Assembly: GCA_951406725.2 (NCBI GenBank)
Contig: OX597815.1
Location: forward strand, 52,204,001-52,268,000
Reading direction: 5' to 3'
From: Octopus vulgaris
Lineage: Eukaryota
DNA: 64,000 nt
Shown here piece by piece: positions 24,690 to 37,665 of the stretch (positions are counted from its first letter, which is position 1; every line of letters starts with the position of its first letter). Below the pieces are notes generated by a model, which saw only the letters and a program-made list of their open reading frames with translations, did not search any database and was not told where the DNA came from. The translations under genes and the position numbers were made by a program.

Positions 24690-24922
24690 CCCTTTAGCAT
24701 TCAGATTTCTTTGTCAAATATATTGCTTATCTATTCACATTGTTTTGAATTAATCACTCATTATCTTGTAGTTTCAAGATTTCATTGGTGTGTTTGTATA
24801 TTTTACACCTACCCTACAATGTCATCATTGTAAGGTAGGTGTGAGAGGTTGGATCTGGTCAGTTTGAACATAAAATAGATAGAATATTTGGGCTGGATAT
24901 AACTAAACAGTTAGCTAAAGGG
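24690..24922. mobile_element. piggyBac-type MITE
   Basis: ccctttagcattcagatt..gctaaaggg. Confidence 0.7.
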
Positions 24923-25506
24923 ATATAAAGATTAACTCATACCCATACTAACTTCCCTTAGCTTCTTAGCATCCTCTGTTTCTTCCCAACACTACACTTT
25001 ACTCTCCCCTTTCTTCTTCCCAACCTCTCCTACTAACAGTGTTACCCTGTTGTCTCTCTGTCCTAAAGATTTTTTTATTTGGCTGACTTATGTATTGTTC
25101 TACTGAGTACACGGTTTATTTTAAAGGAGGAAAAGTAGGAAGATGTGACATTTATATATGTTTCTAAACACATTGAAATCATTGCAGTTTGAGTTCACTA
25201 AGAACTTAGTTATTTCTTATTTCTACAGTACTTGCTATTATGGCACTCACCAATATTGGTTCTAATAAATCAGTCAAGTAAGCCACACCCAATCCAGGCC
25301 TGTCCAGACTGGCTAGATAAATGCAGTTGTTATTCAATTTGAATATTTGTAGGTCAACGCAGGAAAATTATGGACTCTGGGAGAATTCTAGAAGGCTGCA
25401 GTCCTGAGAAAGAAATATTGAGAGAAGAGTTCAGTATGGTGTGTAACAGGTAGAACACAGAGCTGATAAAGAAAGAGATAAAAGATGAGTGAGTTTAGAT
25501 GGATGG

Positions 25507-25553
<47 letters not shown>

Positions 25554-26282
25554 GAGAGAGAGTGTATGAAAACAGTTAGTTTAGAAAAACAGATGCCATT
25601 GTAGTAGTGATGGAAAAAACTGACATTGTGCAAATATTAATTAACAGATTAAAAATTTCTCCAAAATGCAGTTTATTTGGAATTGAAGATGTTAAAAATA
25701 AACAGTAGACAAAAATGAAAAGTAACAAAAAATAACTCTCTTTTCAATTGACGGTTTAGTTTAAGATAAAACATTTTATTATTAGCTTTTCAAGAAAATA
25801 CTGCAAGGAACTTAGAAAAATAAAAGAAAAAAGAAAAAAGAAACAAAAGGAAAGAAAATACTTTGTACTCAGTCAGCTTCAGCTAAACAAAAAATATTTT
25901 CTGGTTTAAGAATTTTGTTGTTGCTTTATTTTCCTTTGGTTAATTTACCCACATAAATACTCTTTATTGATTTCAACGGGCCTTTTTCTAAGATCGTTAT
26001 TTAAGATTATGACAGAATTTTAATGGCATAAATAATTGTTTGATCCTGGTGATAATATATTTGCCAAAGTTTTACACATGGGAATTGTCTAGTGAATTTT
26101 CCATTCCAAATTTCTATTTCATTTGATATAATAGTGTTGATCTTTTGATTTTATAAGCAGCAAAACAAAACTAGTCAATAAGGTAACCTTAAGCAATAAC
26201 AGCCAAATAGCCCTCAGATCATACTCAACCTTTTTAAAAAAAGGGTAGGATATTGAAGAGTGTGGTGCAGATGAACTTTTTT

Positions 26283-26410
26283 TTTCATTTTTACTTGTTT
26301 TAGTCATTAGACTGTGGCCATGCTGGGGCACTACCTTGAAGAATTTTTAGTTGAATGAATCAACCCTAGTACTTTTTCTTTTTAAAGCCTGTTCTTATTC
26401 TGTCAGTCTC
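26283..26410 (-). mobile_element. SINE group A 3' fragment
   Basis: ttacttgttttagtcattagactgtggccatgctggggcac. Confidence 0.6.
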
Positions 26411-26469
26411 TAATTACCATTTAAGTACTGGGGTCGATAGTACTTCTCATCAAAATTGCTAGCCTATTG

Positions 26470-27535
26470 CATCATCATCATCATCATTTAGCGTCCATTG
26501 ACCATGCTGGCATGGGTTGGATGGTTTGACCAGGCTGGCATGCTGGAAGGCTGCACCCAATTCCAGTCTGATTTAACATGGTTTTCTACAGCTGGATGCC
26601 CTTCCTAATGCCAACTACTTTGAGATAGTAATGGGTACTTTTACATGCCATCAACATAGGTGCCATTTGTGTGATACTGGGGTGCTTTTACATGCCAATT
26701 TGCATGACACTGGTACCTGCCATGACTGCGATTTTGCTCAGCTTGATGGATCTTCTCAAGCATGACCTAATGCAAAATGTCTCAGTCATTGCCTCCATGA
26801 GGCCTAACACTTGAAAGGAACTCAACTACTTTGCCTCTGTGAACCCCAATGCTTGAATGGTGCTCTTTACATACCACCAACATGGGTGCACTCTGCTTGA
26901 TGGGTCCTCTCAAGCACAGCACATCGCCAAAGGTCTCAATCACTAGTCATAGCCTCTGTGAGGCTCAGAGTTCGAAGATCATGCTTTACCACCTTGTTTC
27001 ACGTCTTCCTGGGTGTACCTCTACCACAGGTTTCCCTCCACTGTTAGAGATGAGCACTTCTTTACACAGCTGTCCTCATCCATATGCAACACATGACCAA
27101 CACATGACCATACCACAGTCATCTCTCTTGCACACCACATCTGATTCCTCTTATGCCTAACGTTTCTCTCAAGATGCTTACACTCTGTCGAACATGCATA
27201 ATAATATTACATATCCAGCAAAGCATACTGGCTTCATTTCTTTCAAGCCTGTGCATCTCCTCGGCTGTCACAGCCCATGTTTCACTGCTATGCAGCATAG
27301 CTGATCGCACACAGGCATCAAACAATCTGCCTTTCATTCTGAAAGAGAGGCCCTTTGTTGTCAGCAGGGGTAGGAGCTCTTTGAACTTTGCCCATCTTAA
27401 TCTTATTCTCACAGTTATGGTCATGGAACATCCACCTCCCCTACTAACTTGGTCAACTAGATAATGGATGCTATCTAATACATCTAACTTGCCCCCCCTT
27501 GCAGTTGATAGAGTCTATTTTCTGTTCATGTTCAG
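26470..27535 (-). mobile_element. RTE LINE 3' part
   Basis: ORF 27119-27424 (RWAKFKELLPLL..KGRLFDACVRSAMLHSSETW) is homologous to 12530-12810; (CAT)n at 26470. Confidence 0.88.
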
Positions 27536-27564
27536 CCTAAATTACAAGTTATTAAGAGTGTTTG

Positions 27565-27985
27565 ATTAGTAGAACCATTGGAACATCAGAAAAAATGCTT
27601 CATAGTATTTCTCCTGAATCTTTATGTTGTGAGTTCAAATCCCAGTGAGGTCATCTTTGCCTTTCATTACTCAGGGGTCAATAAAATAAAGTAGAAGTCA
27701 AATGCTAGGGATTATTTAAATAATAAATTCCCCCGCTTCAAATTGCTGGCCTTAAATCAGTAATTATATACAGAGTTGTGAGCTGGTAGAATTGTTAGAG
27801 CATCAGGAAAAAAAATACCTTGCAGTATTTGCTTTGGCTCTTTACATTCTGAGTTCAAATCCTGCGGAGAGCAACTTTGCCTTTCATCCATCTGAGATCA
27901 AATAAAGTGCTAGTCAAATACTGGAGTCAATGATATTGACTATTCCCACAACCCTCCAAATCTGGCCTTGTGTCTAAATCAGGAA
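27565..27985 (+). mobile_element. Two tandem SINE group B copies
   Basis: Two gagttcaaatcc..ctttgcctttcat cores, at ~27630 and ~27850. Confidence 0.65.
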
Positions 27986-27993
27986 CTACTACA

Positions 27994-28064
<71 letters not shown>

Positions 28065-28080
28065 CACCACCACCACCACC

Positions 28081-28765
28081 TTTATTCTTTCTTTACTTGG
28101 GTTATCTATGTCATGCCTCAGCTTCTTTCTACAGCTTAGAGATGCAACATTTTCCTAAGGACATGTGCTGTTCTGAGGATTGCTGCCAACAGTGTAATTC
28201 CTATGAAGTTTGGTATTTCCAGCTTTACATGCCAAAATATTGCTTTCTTTGATATGGTTCCAAGTGCACCAATCATGATAGGTATCACCCTCACTTTTGA
28301 GGCTCTGTGGATGCATTTCACTTCCAATGCTATGTCTTGGAACTTTTTGACTTTCTTGTTCTCTGCTTTCACAACATTTTGTTTTGCAGATATAGCTAAA
28401 TTGATGAAAGTCCATTCTTTAGGCTTGTCGATAATGTAGCAGTTTCTTATCTATGTTGATTGGTATATCCCACGTGAGTTTCACCTCCCCATTCTCTACT
28501 GCTGGCATGCTGATGCTCATGCCACCTATTGAGACATTCTATCCCATACTTCTTACACAACTCACAGTGTATTTGCAATGTCATTTTGTCATGGCATATT
28601 TTGTACTCCTTTTGGGCCGGTTTTGAGTATCCATTAATTGTATGTTTAATTATCTCAGATGATTTTCGCCACATTCTACACAAATGTGAAACTGCTGCTT
28701 TTGATTGAATTCATTCATAAAGCTTGTTCTTGTGCAGTAAAGATCAATTCTTTTGTCTCCTTAAA
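28081..28765 (-). mobile_element. R4/Dong-type RLE non-LTR element 3' fragment
   Basis: CRMW..EIIKHTINGYS (CCHC relic), KEYKICHDK, KKVKKFQDIALE, IPIMIGALGTI, RTAHVLRKML. Confidence 0.8.
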
Positions 28766-28767
28766 AA

Positions 28768-29072
28768 GTGTGGCTTAGTGGTTAGGATAATCAGCTCACA
28801 ATCATAAGGTTGTGGTAGTGCATTGTGTCTTTGAGTAAGAGACTTTATTTCATGTTGTTCCAGTCCACTCAGTTGGTAAAAATGAGTTGTACCTGTAATT
28901 CAAAGGGTCAGTCTTGTCACATTCTATGTCATGCTGAATCTCTCTGACAACTATGTTAAGGGTATACATGTTTGTGGAGTCCTCAGCCACTTGCACATTA
29001 ATTTCATAAGCAGGCTGTCCCATTGACGGGATCAACTGGAACCCCCATCATTGTAACTGATAGAGTGCCAGT
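28768..29072 (+). mobile_element. SINE group C
   Basis: Box A tggcttagtggttagg; body shared with 3947-4272. Confidence 0.75.
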
Positions 29073-29122
29073 TAAAAATCCATGTTTTAGTCACCTAAAA
29101 GAGGGTTTTACTCATCATACGA

Positions 29123-29356
29123 TACTCTTTTACTCTTTCACTTGTTTCAGTCATGTGACTGTGGCCATGCTGGAGCACTGCCTTTTAGTTGAGCAAATCG
29201 ATCTCAGGACTTATTCTTTGTAAGCCTAGTACTTATTCTATCGGTCTCTTTTGCTGAACCACTAAGTTATGGGGACATAAACACACCAGCATCAGTTGTC
29301 AAGCGATGTTGGGGGGACAAACACAGACACACAAACATACACACACACATACATAT

Positions 29357-29408
<52 letters not shown>

Positions 29409-29810
29409 ATATGTATATATATATATATATACATATATCTCTTTTACTCTTTTACTCTTTTACTTGTTTCAGTCATTTGACTGCAGCCATGCTGGAGCAC
29501 CACCTTTAGTCGAGCAAATTGACCCCGGGACTTATTCTTTTGCCGAACCGCTAAGTGACGGGGACATAAATACACCAGCATTGGTTGTCAAGCAATGCTA
29601 GGGGGACAAACACACACACATACACATATATATATATACATATATACGACAGGCTTCTTTCAGTTTCCGTCTACCAAATCCACTCACAAGGCATTGGTCG
29701 GCCCGAGGTTATAGCAGAAGACACTTGCCCGAGATGCCACGCAGTGGGACTGAACCCGGAACCATGTGGTTTGTAAACAAGCTACTTACCACACAGCCAC
29801 TCCTATGCCT
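29123..29810 (-). mobile_element. Two SINE group A copies (3' half plus near-full copy)
   Basis: Tails at 29123 and 29440, single head at 29650-29810; CpG-rich, so probably young. Confidence 0.85.
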
Positions 29811-30469
29811 CTAGGTAATGATAGGTAACTTAGGAAATATAGTTTTGCCAGCATGTGTTATATCAGAAAATATGGCAAACATACAGTAATTATAATTTAA
29901 CTTTTATCAGATTTGCTCCTTTTTCTTTCCTGTGCTAATCTCCATTGCCTCACTTGCTTAGTTTCTTCCATTTTGAAAATTCATAAAACAATTAATTAAA
30001 AAAACTTTACACATAACCCTCAGTAATGTTTGTTTTACTTCATGATATGGTCCAAATTTTATAAATATGATGTGCTTGTTTAAAGATGGTAGATAAGATG
30101 TTAAGAATTTTTAAACATTTGCAAAGCCATAATTCCTGTTAACTGAAAAGGAAAACAAATTTTAAAATAATATAAAATCAACTTTTGCTTCTTTTCTTGT
30201 TGAGTATTTAACAACTGAAAAATTTTACTTGGTGCAATAATATATCAGCTGTCTTAAGCTCTTGTGACACCCACTCATTCTGTTTTTAGCTGCGTAGCTG
30301 CTATGCTGGAACCAAAAAGAAACAGTGAAATTTTAAAGTACGATGGTCTATTTTGTTTTTGAAATATACAGTAAAATGATAATTAAGTTTGTTTAATTAA
30401 CCTGTGTAGTCTCCTGTATTATTTACACTATACATGTAGAATTCCCAAAGTTTATTTTTGTGCATACTG

Positions 30470-30519
<50 letters not shown>

Positions 30520-30547
30520 TATATGTATATATATATACATATATATT

Positions 30548-30624
30548 CTTAAAAAATGGCGGTGCCCCAGCATGGCCACAGCTCATTAGCTGAAACTGGA
30601 AAAATCAAAATCAAAAAATCAAAA
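30548..30624 (+). mobile_element. Short SINE/LINE tail variant in (TA)n
   Basis: ggtgccccagcatggccacagctcattagctgaaactggaaaaatcaaaatc; near-identical at 43771-43828. Confidence 0.7.
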
Positions 30625-30728
30625 TATATATAGTTGGAATTTACAAAAGCCAAACAAAACAAAAGATGAAGATGGGTATGTAAACAACAAACAAATGTGT
30701 TAGTTTAATGCTCAGGAAGTGAGAAAGT

Positions 30729-30764
30729 CTTTTACCTTTCAAACCTACGCTCTTCAACAGAAAG
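30729..30764 (-). ncRNA. Minimal hammerhead-like motif (variant core)
   Basis: CUUU CUGUUGA A GAGC-guag-GUUU GAAA GG UA AAAG. Confidence 0.45.
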
Positions 30765-30820
30765 GAACACAGAAATAAAGAGAGAAAGAATAAAAAAAGG
30801 TTTTGTGGCTAACGATCAAT

Positions 30821-30880
<60 letters not shown>

Positions 30881-30949
30881 ATATATATATATATATATAT
30901 TCATGTGTGTATATGTGTATATATACATACATGCTCATATATATATATG

Positions 30950-30982
<33 letters not shown>

Positions 30983-31010
30983 ATACATACATGTTCATAT
31001 ATATGTATAT

Positions 31011-31058
<48 letters not shown>

Positions 31059-31837
31059 GAGAAAGAATTTGGTGTTTAATAGAATTTTTATTCCCCATAA
31101 CTTTCTCAAAAAAGGCATAGTTTTTTTAAATATAATTTTGCAGAGATACATTTTCAAAGGTGTAGATTAGGATTATATTGATAATATATAAATATATATA
31201 CCTTTTTGGGGGGCGAGGGAGGGGTACTGATTTTTCTCCTCTTCCTGTTTTCATTTCTTTATTTATCTTTTTGAAATGCATATTTTTAAATGACATTTTA
31301 GAGATATACATTTTCAAGAATGAAGATTACACAATGTTGATAATACAAACATATAAATCTAACAGAAAAGTGAAAAATGCTAAATTTACAAAATTATATA
31401 TACATACATACATACATACACACACACATACATACATACATACATACTTATACACACAAATGCACACACATTTGCATATTTATGTGTATGTATACACATT
31501 CAATAAAACTGGGAAATCACAGTCAATAGAATTATTTTATGCGTGTGTAAGTGTATATAAAACTCATAACCTCCAGTATGCAAATGCATGGACACATATA
31601 TGCATATATATGCAGTTAAATGCTTGAATATATACATGAAAAAGCAATAAACAAAACCCTGCTGAGATGGGAAACTGTGAAGTGCCTCTATATTTTTAGA
31701 AATAGCAGTGAAATCTCTATCATTTCACATCCAACTCTTCCAAAGGATAGCTCATTGCAAATTTGATGGAGTGGTCAGGATTGGAATACTTTTTACCATT
31801 GGCTTACTCAGTCAGATGTTGACCTGTGGTTGAACAG

Positions 31838-32050
31838 TTCTTTCTACTATGAGCACAAGACCTGAAATGTTTGTGGGAGGGGAATAGATGATTACATTGA
31901 CCCTAGTGTTTGACTGGTATTTATTTTATCAACCCTGAAAGGATGAAAGGCAAAGTCAACCTCAGTGGATTTTGAACTCAGCGTCTAAAGATGGACAAAA
32001 AGCTGCTAAGTATTTTGTTCAGCGTGCTAATGATTCTGTCGGATCAGTGT
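31838..32050 (-). mobile_element. SINE group B
   Basis: ccctgaaaggatgaaaggcaaagtcaacc..tttgaactcag. Confidence 0.75.
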
Positions 32051-32703
32051 CTTCTTGTGGTTAAATAATAGCATAAGCAAATTCATATGAAACACACATG
32101 CATATATGTATGTGTAAATATAGGTATACATTCAGACACATATACACATGCACAAATAATGTAGAAGAATTGTAACATCAACATGTCTACTGCAAACTAT
32201 ATTGCTGTGCTAGTCACTACACCAAAACTACATACTTATTCTTGATTGACTACACTAATAAACTTAAATTATCTTGCTGTAATGACACACTAGGGACCTG
32301 TCAGTGGGAATCTCAGTCTACACAGTATTCAGCATATTTTATTATACTATATATACACATACACACACGCACATACACACACAATAGATATGTATAATAT
32401 AGAAAAATATTGTGACATCACTGTGGTAACTAGACATGCATGAACCTCACAAGGCAGATCTTAAAGTCAATCTAATCAAAACATTTATTCACTGAGAGAA
32501 AATTAGAATTTAGTTGTGGCTATTATCAAATTTTACTCGAAATAAATGGAATGCATGAATCTCATATATATCTAATTTGTAAATCATTTCATACACATAC
32601 ATATGCAATCATTAACACACTCGCATAAACACACATTAATGTCTGTAAGTGAGTGTATGTGTGTGTATATATGTATACATATATAAATACATACATACAT
32701 ACA

Positions 32704-32739
<36 letters not shown>

Positions 32740-33167
32740 TACATACATATGTGTGTGTGTGTTTATATTTGTGTGTGGAAACACAGTCACTTTTGAATAT
32801 ATTTGTATGCAAGCATTTTATACCATTTCATACACATATATACATCCACTGTGAATAAGATAAGAAGTTATTTTTGTATGCAAACTTAATCATTCCTTCC
32901 TTCTTACTAAGTATGAGGAAAGCTTTGCAGGAAATATCTTACCATATGCAACTTGTGTGATATCTTTTCAGGCATAAATAAAGAAAAAAAAATTGAAATT
33001 AAATCTCAGATATCTCTCATGAATACATGAATACTATTCATCAAAACGTTCTCTCTTAATTTCAATAACTTTCTAAGGCATGGTAGGAATGACTCTACTA
33101 CAAATTTCTTCAGTGAATTCTTTTTTTTTTTTATTTGATAACTAATATTGATGATGATGATAATAAC

Positions 33168-33349
33168 GGTTTCAAATTTTGGCACAAGGCCAGCAATTTG
33201 GGGAGAGGGGCAAGTTGATTATATTAACTCTAGTAACTCAACTGGTACTTATTTTATCAAACCTGAAAGGATCAAAAGCAAAGTTGCCTTCAGCAGAATT
33301 TGAATGTAGGGCATAAAGAGCCAGAAGAAATTTTGCTAACCATTTTGTT

Positions 33350-33350
<1 letters not shown>
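33168..33350 (-). mobile_element. SINE group B
   Basis: ggtttcaaattttggcacaaggccagc..ggtacttattttatc. Confidence 0.75.
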
Positions 33351-33413
<63 letters not shown>

Positions 33414-33432
33414 TGATGATGATGATGATGAT

Positions 33433-33966
33433 AAACTGATTGAAAATGTTATGTACAACTGATTGGCAGTGCTATCATGTACACGTTTTGTTTTGGTATA
33501 AAAGATGGGCTACAGAAAGTATTCTGCTCAGTACTACAGATCTGCTTGTCAGTTGCTTGACCTTAACCAGTTGAGCATGTCCCTTAGTGGCTGACGATAT
33601 GTGCATCTCTGATCACAAGTAGAAGTAGTGGGGGATCCATCATAGCCATGTGTTCAGAGGAATTCTTTAGGGTTTGAGTAATTCACATTTGGAAACATGG
33701 GTGTTTTGTTCAACATTCTTAAACAACCCTTATTCAGGGACTTTTTGAGTGGGATGGGCTACTCAACTTGAAAAAAAATTCTAACTTAGGTTCACCTGCA
33801 AGGTCATATGCTGTTTATCTTGTTATGAGATCACCATGTCATGCACATATGGTTGTAATGCATGTGCCTGGTGTACTCTTATCAGACAGTTAGTTATGAT
33901 GGGCATACTGGGCTTCATATATTTTATCTCAGTGTCACTTTGATAGCATGCACTGCCCTCTCACAC
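33433..33966. mobile_element. Unclassified ~530-bp insert within (AAT)n
   Basis: GC-richer block flanked by (AAT)n/(GAT)n on the left and (AAT)n on the right. Confidence 0.4.
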
Positions 33967-34008
<42 letters not shown>

Positions 34009-34297
34009 GATAATAGTAAAGATTGTTTTAACTGGTACATCACATGTATTGAGAAGAAAATGGTTGCTGTGAAAATGATTATACCATATAAAAAATTATC
34101 TTTCCTTTTTTTTTGTTTGTTTTCTTTTTCTTTTCCTTTCTTTTCTTTCACATACCTTGAGTTTGTAAATGAATAATCTGGTGTGTTTATTTTAATGACC
34201 TATTAATGTATATGGGTGTTGGGAAGACATTCAGCAAGAAATGGAAACAAAATTGAAAGAGGAAGAAAAATTTACAATAAAAATAATAATAATAATG

Positions 34298-34352
<55 letters not shown>

Positions 34353-34437
34353 TGATGATGATGATGATGATGATAATAATAATAATAATAATTATAATAA
34401 TAAATAATTAAAACTGTGAAAATCTTGCAAAGAAAGA

Positions 34438-34804
34438 CATAGGAGTAGGAGTGGTTGTGTAGCAAGTAGCTTCCTTAGCAACCACATTGTTCTGGGTTCA
34501 GTCCCACTGCGTGGCACCTTGAGCAAGTGTCTTCTTTTATAGCCTCAGGCCAACCAAAGCCTTGTGAGTGGATTTGGTAGACAGAAACTGAAAGAAGCCC
34601 ATATATATATATATATGTACGTGTGTGCATATGTCTATGTGTTTGTATTTCTCCCCTCACCCAACATTGCTTGACAACCGTAACTTAGTGGTTTGGCAAA
34701 AGAGCCCGATAGAATAAGTACTAGGCTTACAAAGAATAAGTCATACTTACAAAGAATAAGCATGGCCACAGTCAAATGACTGAAACAAGTAAAAGAGTAA
34801 AAGA
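34438..34804 (+). mobile_element. SINE group A with internal deletions
   Basis: Head, TA tract, truncated body, tail cagtcaaatgactgaaacaag. Confidence 0.8.
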
Positions 34805-35165
34805 GAAAGAGTACAAGTGCAGACATGACAAGGGTGCCCAAAACCTTCACTGGCGACTATGCTGGAAGTATAGATATGAGGTAATGGGTGCTTGGTACCA
34901 ACAGACACTGGAAAAGGTAATGGATGAAAAGGAGGAGGCAAAAATCCTCTGGGACTTTGACTTCCAGAAAAACAAGGTGTTAGAGCACCAAAGGTCAGGG
35001 ACAAACAAGAGTGCCTAATAATCGACAGAGCAGTGCCAGAAACATGAAAGAAAGAGGAAAGATTGATAAATATGGAGAACTGAGAATTGAGATCGTTAAG
35101 ATGCACCAGCTACGAGAGTCAAACATAAAAGCTGTCCCGATTGTCATTGGAACATTGGGTTCCAA
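34805..35165 (+). mobile_element. R4/Dong-type RLE fragment
   Basis: KEYKCRHDKGAQNLHWRLC, KILWDFDFQ, KIDKYGELRIE, VPIVIGTLGS. Confidence 0.8.
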
Positions 35166-35489
35166 TGACGTGTGTGCATATGTCTATGTGTCTGTATTTC
35201 TCCCCCCACCCAACATTGCTTGACAACCGATGCTGGTGTGTTTACATCCCCGTAACTTAGCGGTTTGGCAAAAGAGCCCAATAGAATAAGTACTAGGCTT
35301 ACAGAAACTTTAGAAATACCCTACAATTTAGGTGTATTGCAAAAATGGCATTACTTGGAACTGCATGCATATTGCATTAAATACTATCTGTTTGGGGTCT
35401 TTGTTGTGACTTAACAGACAGTACAAACTCCCAGTGGACACAATATCTTCAATCAACAACATCATGATATTGGATACTGTATGACATCT

Positions 35490-35500
35490 TAAATAATAAT

Positions 35501-35542
<42 letters not shown>

Positions 35543-35579
35543 AATAATAATAATAACAACAACAATAACAATAATAATG

Positions 35580-35610
<31 letters not shown>

Positions 35611-35630
35611 TGATGATGATGATGATGAAT
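35490..35630. repeat. Compound (AAC)/(AAT)/(GAT) tract
   Basis: Directly visible; similar tracts at 33352-33432 and 34283-34400. Confidence 0.95.
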
Positions 35631-36479
35631 AAAACTTGCTGCATGTTTGGGTTGACAGTGACTAATCTGATAACTGCATGAAGCTTGCTTTGTGGGGAAA
35701 GTAATTTTGGACATCCTACTGGTGAAGAGGCAAGAACTATCAAAAGGCAGATGAAAACAAAGGAGTCAATGGTCATGAAATGCAGTATACATGTGCACAT
35801 TAAATATGTGTCTGAATGTTTAGAGATATGTTTGCATTTTATTCAGGTGATGCCTGAAAAATATAAGCTTCATTGCCAAGGATTTCAAGTTACTGGCAAC
35901 AGAGTAATGTGGGCAATTGGCACATGTAGCAACATACTGCTGGAAGATTAAATGTCATGATGCAAAGCAAACATCTGATATGATGTTTTATATCTCCATA
36001 CACCAAGTTAGATAGCTTAATGATGTCTGTAGAGTTCTATGGCCACTTTGAGGATATCCTATATTCTCATACATGAACAGTGGTCTTGACTTCATCTTCT
36101 GACTGAGCACATTGTGTTAGAATGAGAAAATCTGATAAGCTCACAATCAGCTCCTCACTTTCAAAGACAAAATTACTTGTGACTGTCATGAATACTTTTA
36201 TCTTTTCAATCTAGTAATATTGTATATAACAGTTACATGTCTCTGGAATGATATGTCAGAAAGTGTTGATTATGTAATTTGCATTATGTAACCACTAATC
36301 ATCTATGTTAATGAAACATACACACACTGCATGGATTATCTCTGGCTCAAAGTAAAAAAAACAACAATCATCCTTGGTTAGAAAGAAACAATGCAGTTAT
36401 CAATAAGAAGGGATGAAATTAATGCATGTAAGATTTGACAGCTCTAGCATCACTCCTTCATAGTCAGCCTATAAACTTT

Positions 36480-36859
36480 TCGGCCCACCCTCGGCACGTA
36501 AAAAAACACCATTTGAGTGTGATCATTACCTGCGTCGCCTTACTGGCACTTGTGCTGATGGTACGTGAAAATACATTGAGTGAGGTTGTTGCCAGTGCCG
36601 CTGGACTGGCTCCTGTGCAGGTGGCATGTAAAATGTACCATTTGAGCGTGGCCGTTGCCAGCACTGCCTGACTGGCCCTTGTGCCAGTGGCATGTAAAAG
36701 CACCCACTACACTCTCAGAGTGGTTGGCATTTGGAAGGGCATCCGGCTGTAGAAACTCTGCCAGATCAAGATTGGAGCCTGGTGCAGCCATCTGGTTCAA
36801 ATCGTTCAACCCATGCTAGCATGGAAAGCGGATGTTAAATGATGATGATGATGATGATG
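36480..36859 (+). mobile_element. RTE 3' UTR/tail element with tandem units
   Basis: ggcacgtaaaa..cacc units, then gagtggttggcatttggaagggcatcc..ccatgctagcatgg..(GAT)n. Confidence 0.8.
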
Positions 36860-37444
36860 ACATACATTCATATATACCCAAATATACATACTTATATATT
36901 TGGGTATGTTTGTGCATGTTTGTGTTTGTGTGATTGTTTGTTTGTGTGTGTGTGTGTGTGTGTGTGTGCACGTGCATGTATTTGTGTGTGTGAATGTGTG
37001 TGCATGGTAAAAATTTGCTTCCTAACCACATGGATACAGGTTCATGGCACCTTGGGAAAGTGTCTTTTACCCCGGGCTAACCAAAAACATGTGAGATGCC
37101 TCTGGCATATGTGTGTGTGTATGGTATGTGTGTATGGTATGTGTGCATGTGTGTGTATGTTACTGTTTCCTTGCCTTGACATTATTTGATAGCCATAAGT
37201 GTCACAATCATGCCAGCAGTGTCTTTTGTTTCTAATCTTCCATGAGAACATGTCTGAATATGGAGCAAAGGTGAGGGTTGGCAGTGGAAATGGCATCCAG
37301 CAAAAGAAAATGTCTCAACAAATTCTATATGACCCAACAGAGCATGGAAAAGAGGATGTGGAAACAATGATGATGATACAGTTATACCACCCTCCTCCTC
37401 CTCCTCCTCCTCCTCCTCATCATCATCATCATCATCATCACCAT

Positions 37445-37665
37445 CATCAACATCATCATCATCATCATTTAATGTCTGTTTTTGATGCTCACATGGGTTG
37501 GACAGTTTGACCAGAACTTGTAAGGCCAGGTGCTGTACCAGGCTCCATTGTCTGTTCTGGCATGGTTTCTTCAGCTGGATGCCCTTCTGAATGCCTACCA
37601 CTCTACAGAGTGTACTGGGTGCATTTTATGTGGCACCAGCACCAATGCTTTTAACGTGGCACCTG
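37445..37665 (-). mobile_element. RTE tail element
   Basis: (CAT)n followed by cagctggatgcccttc. Confidence 0.65.
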
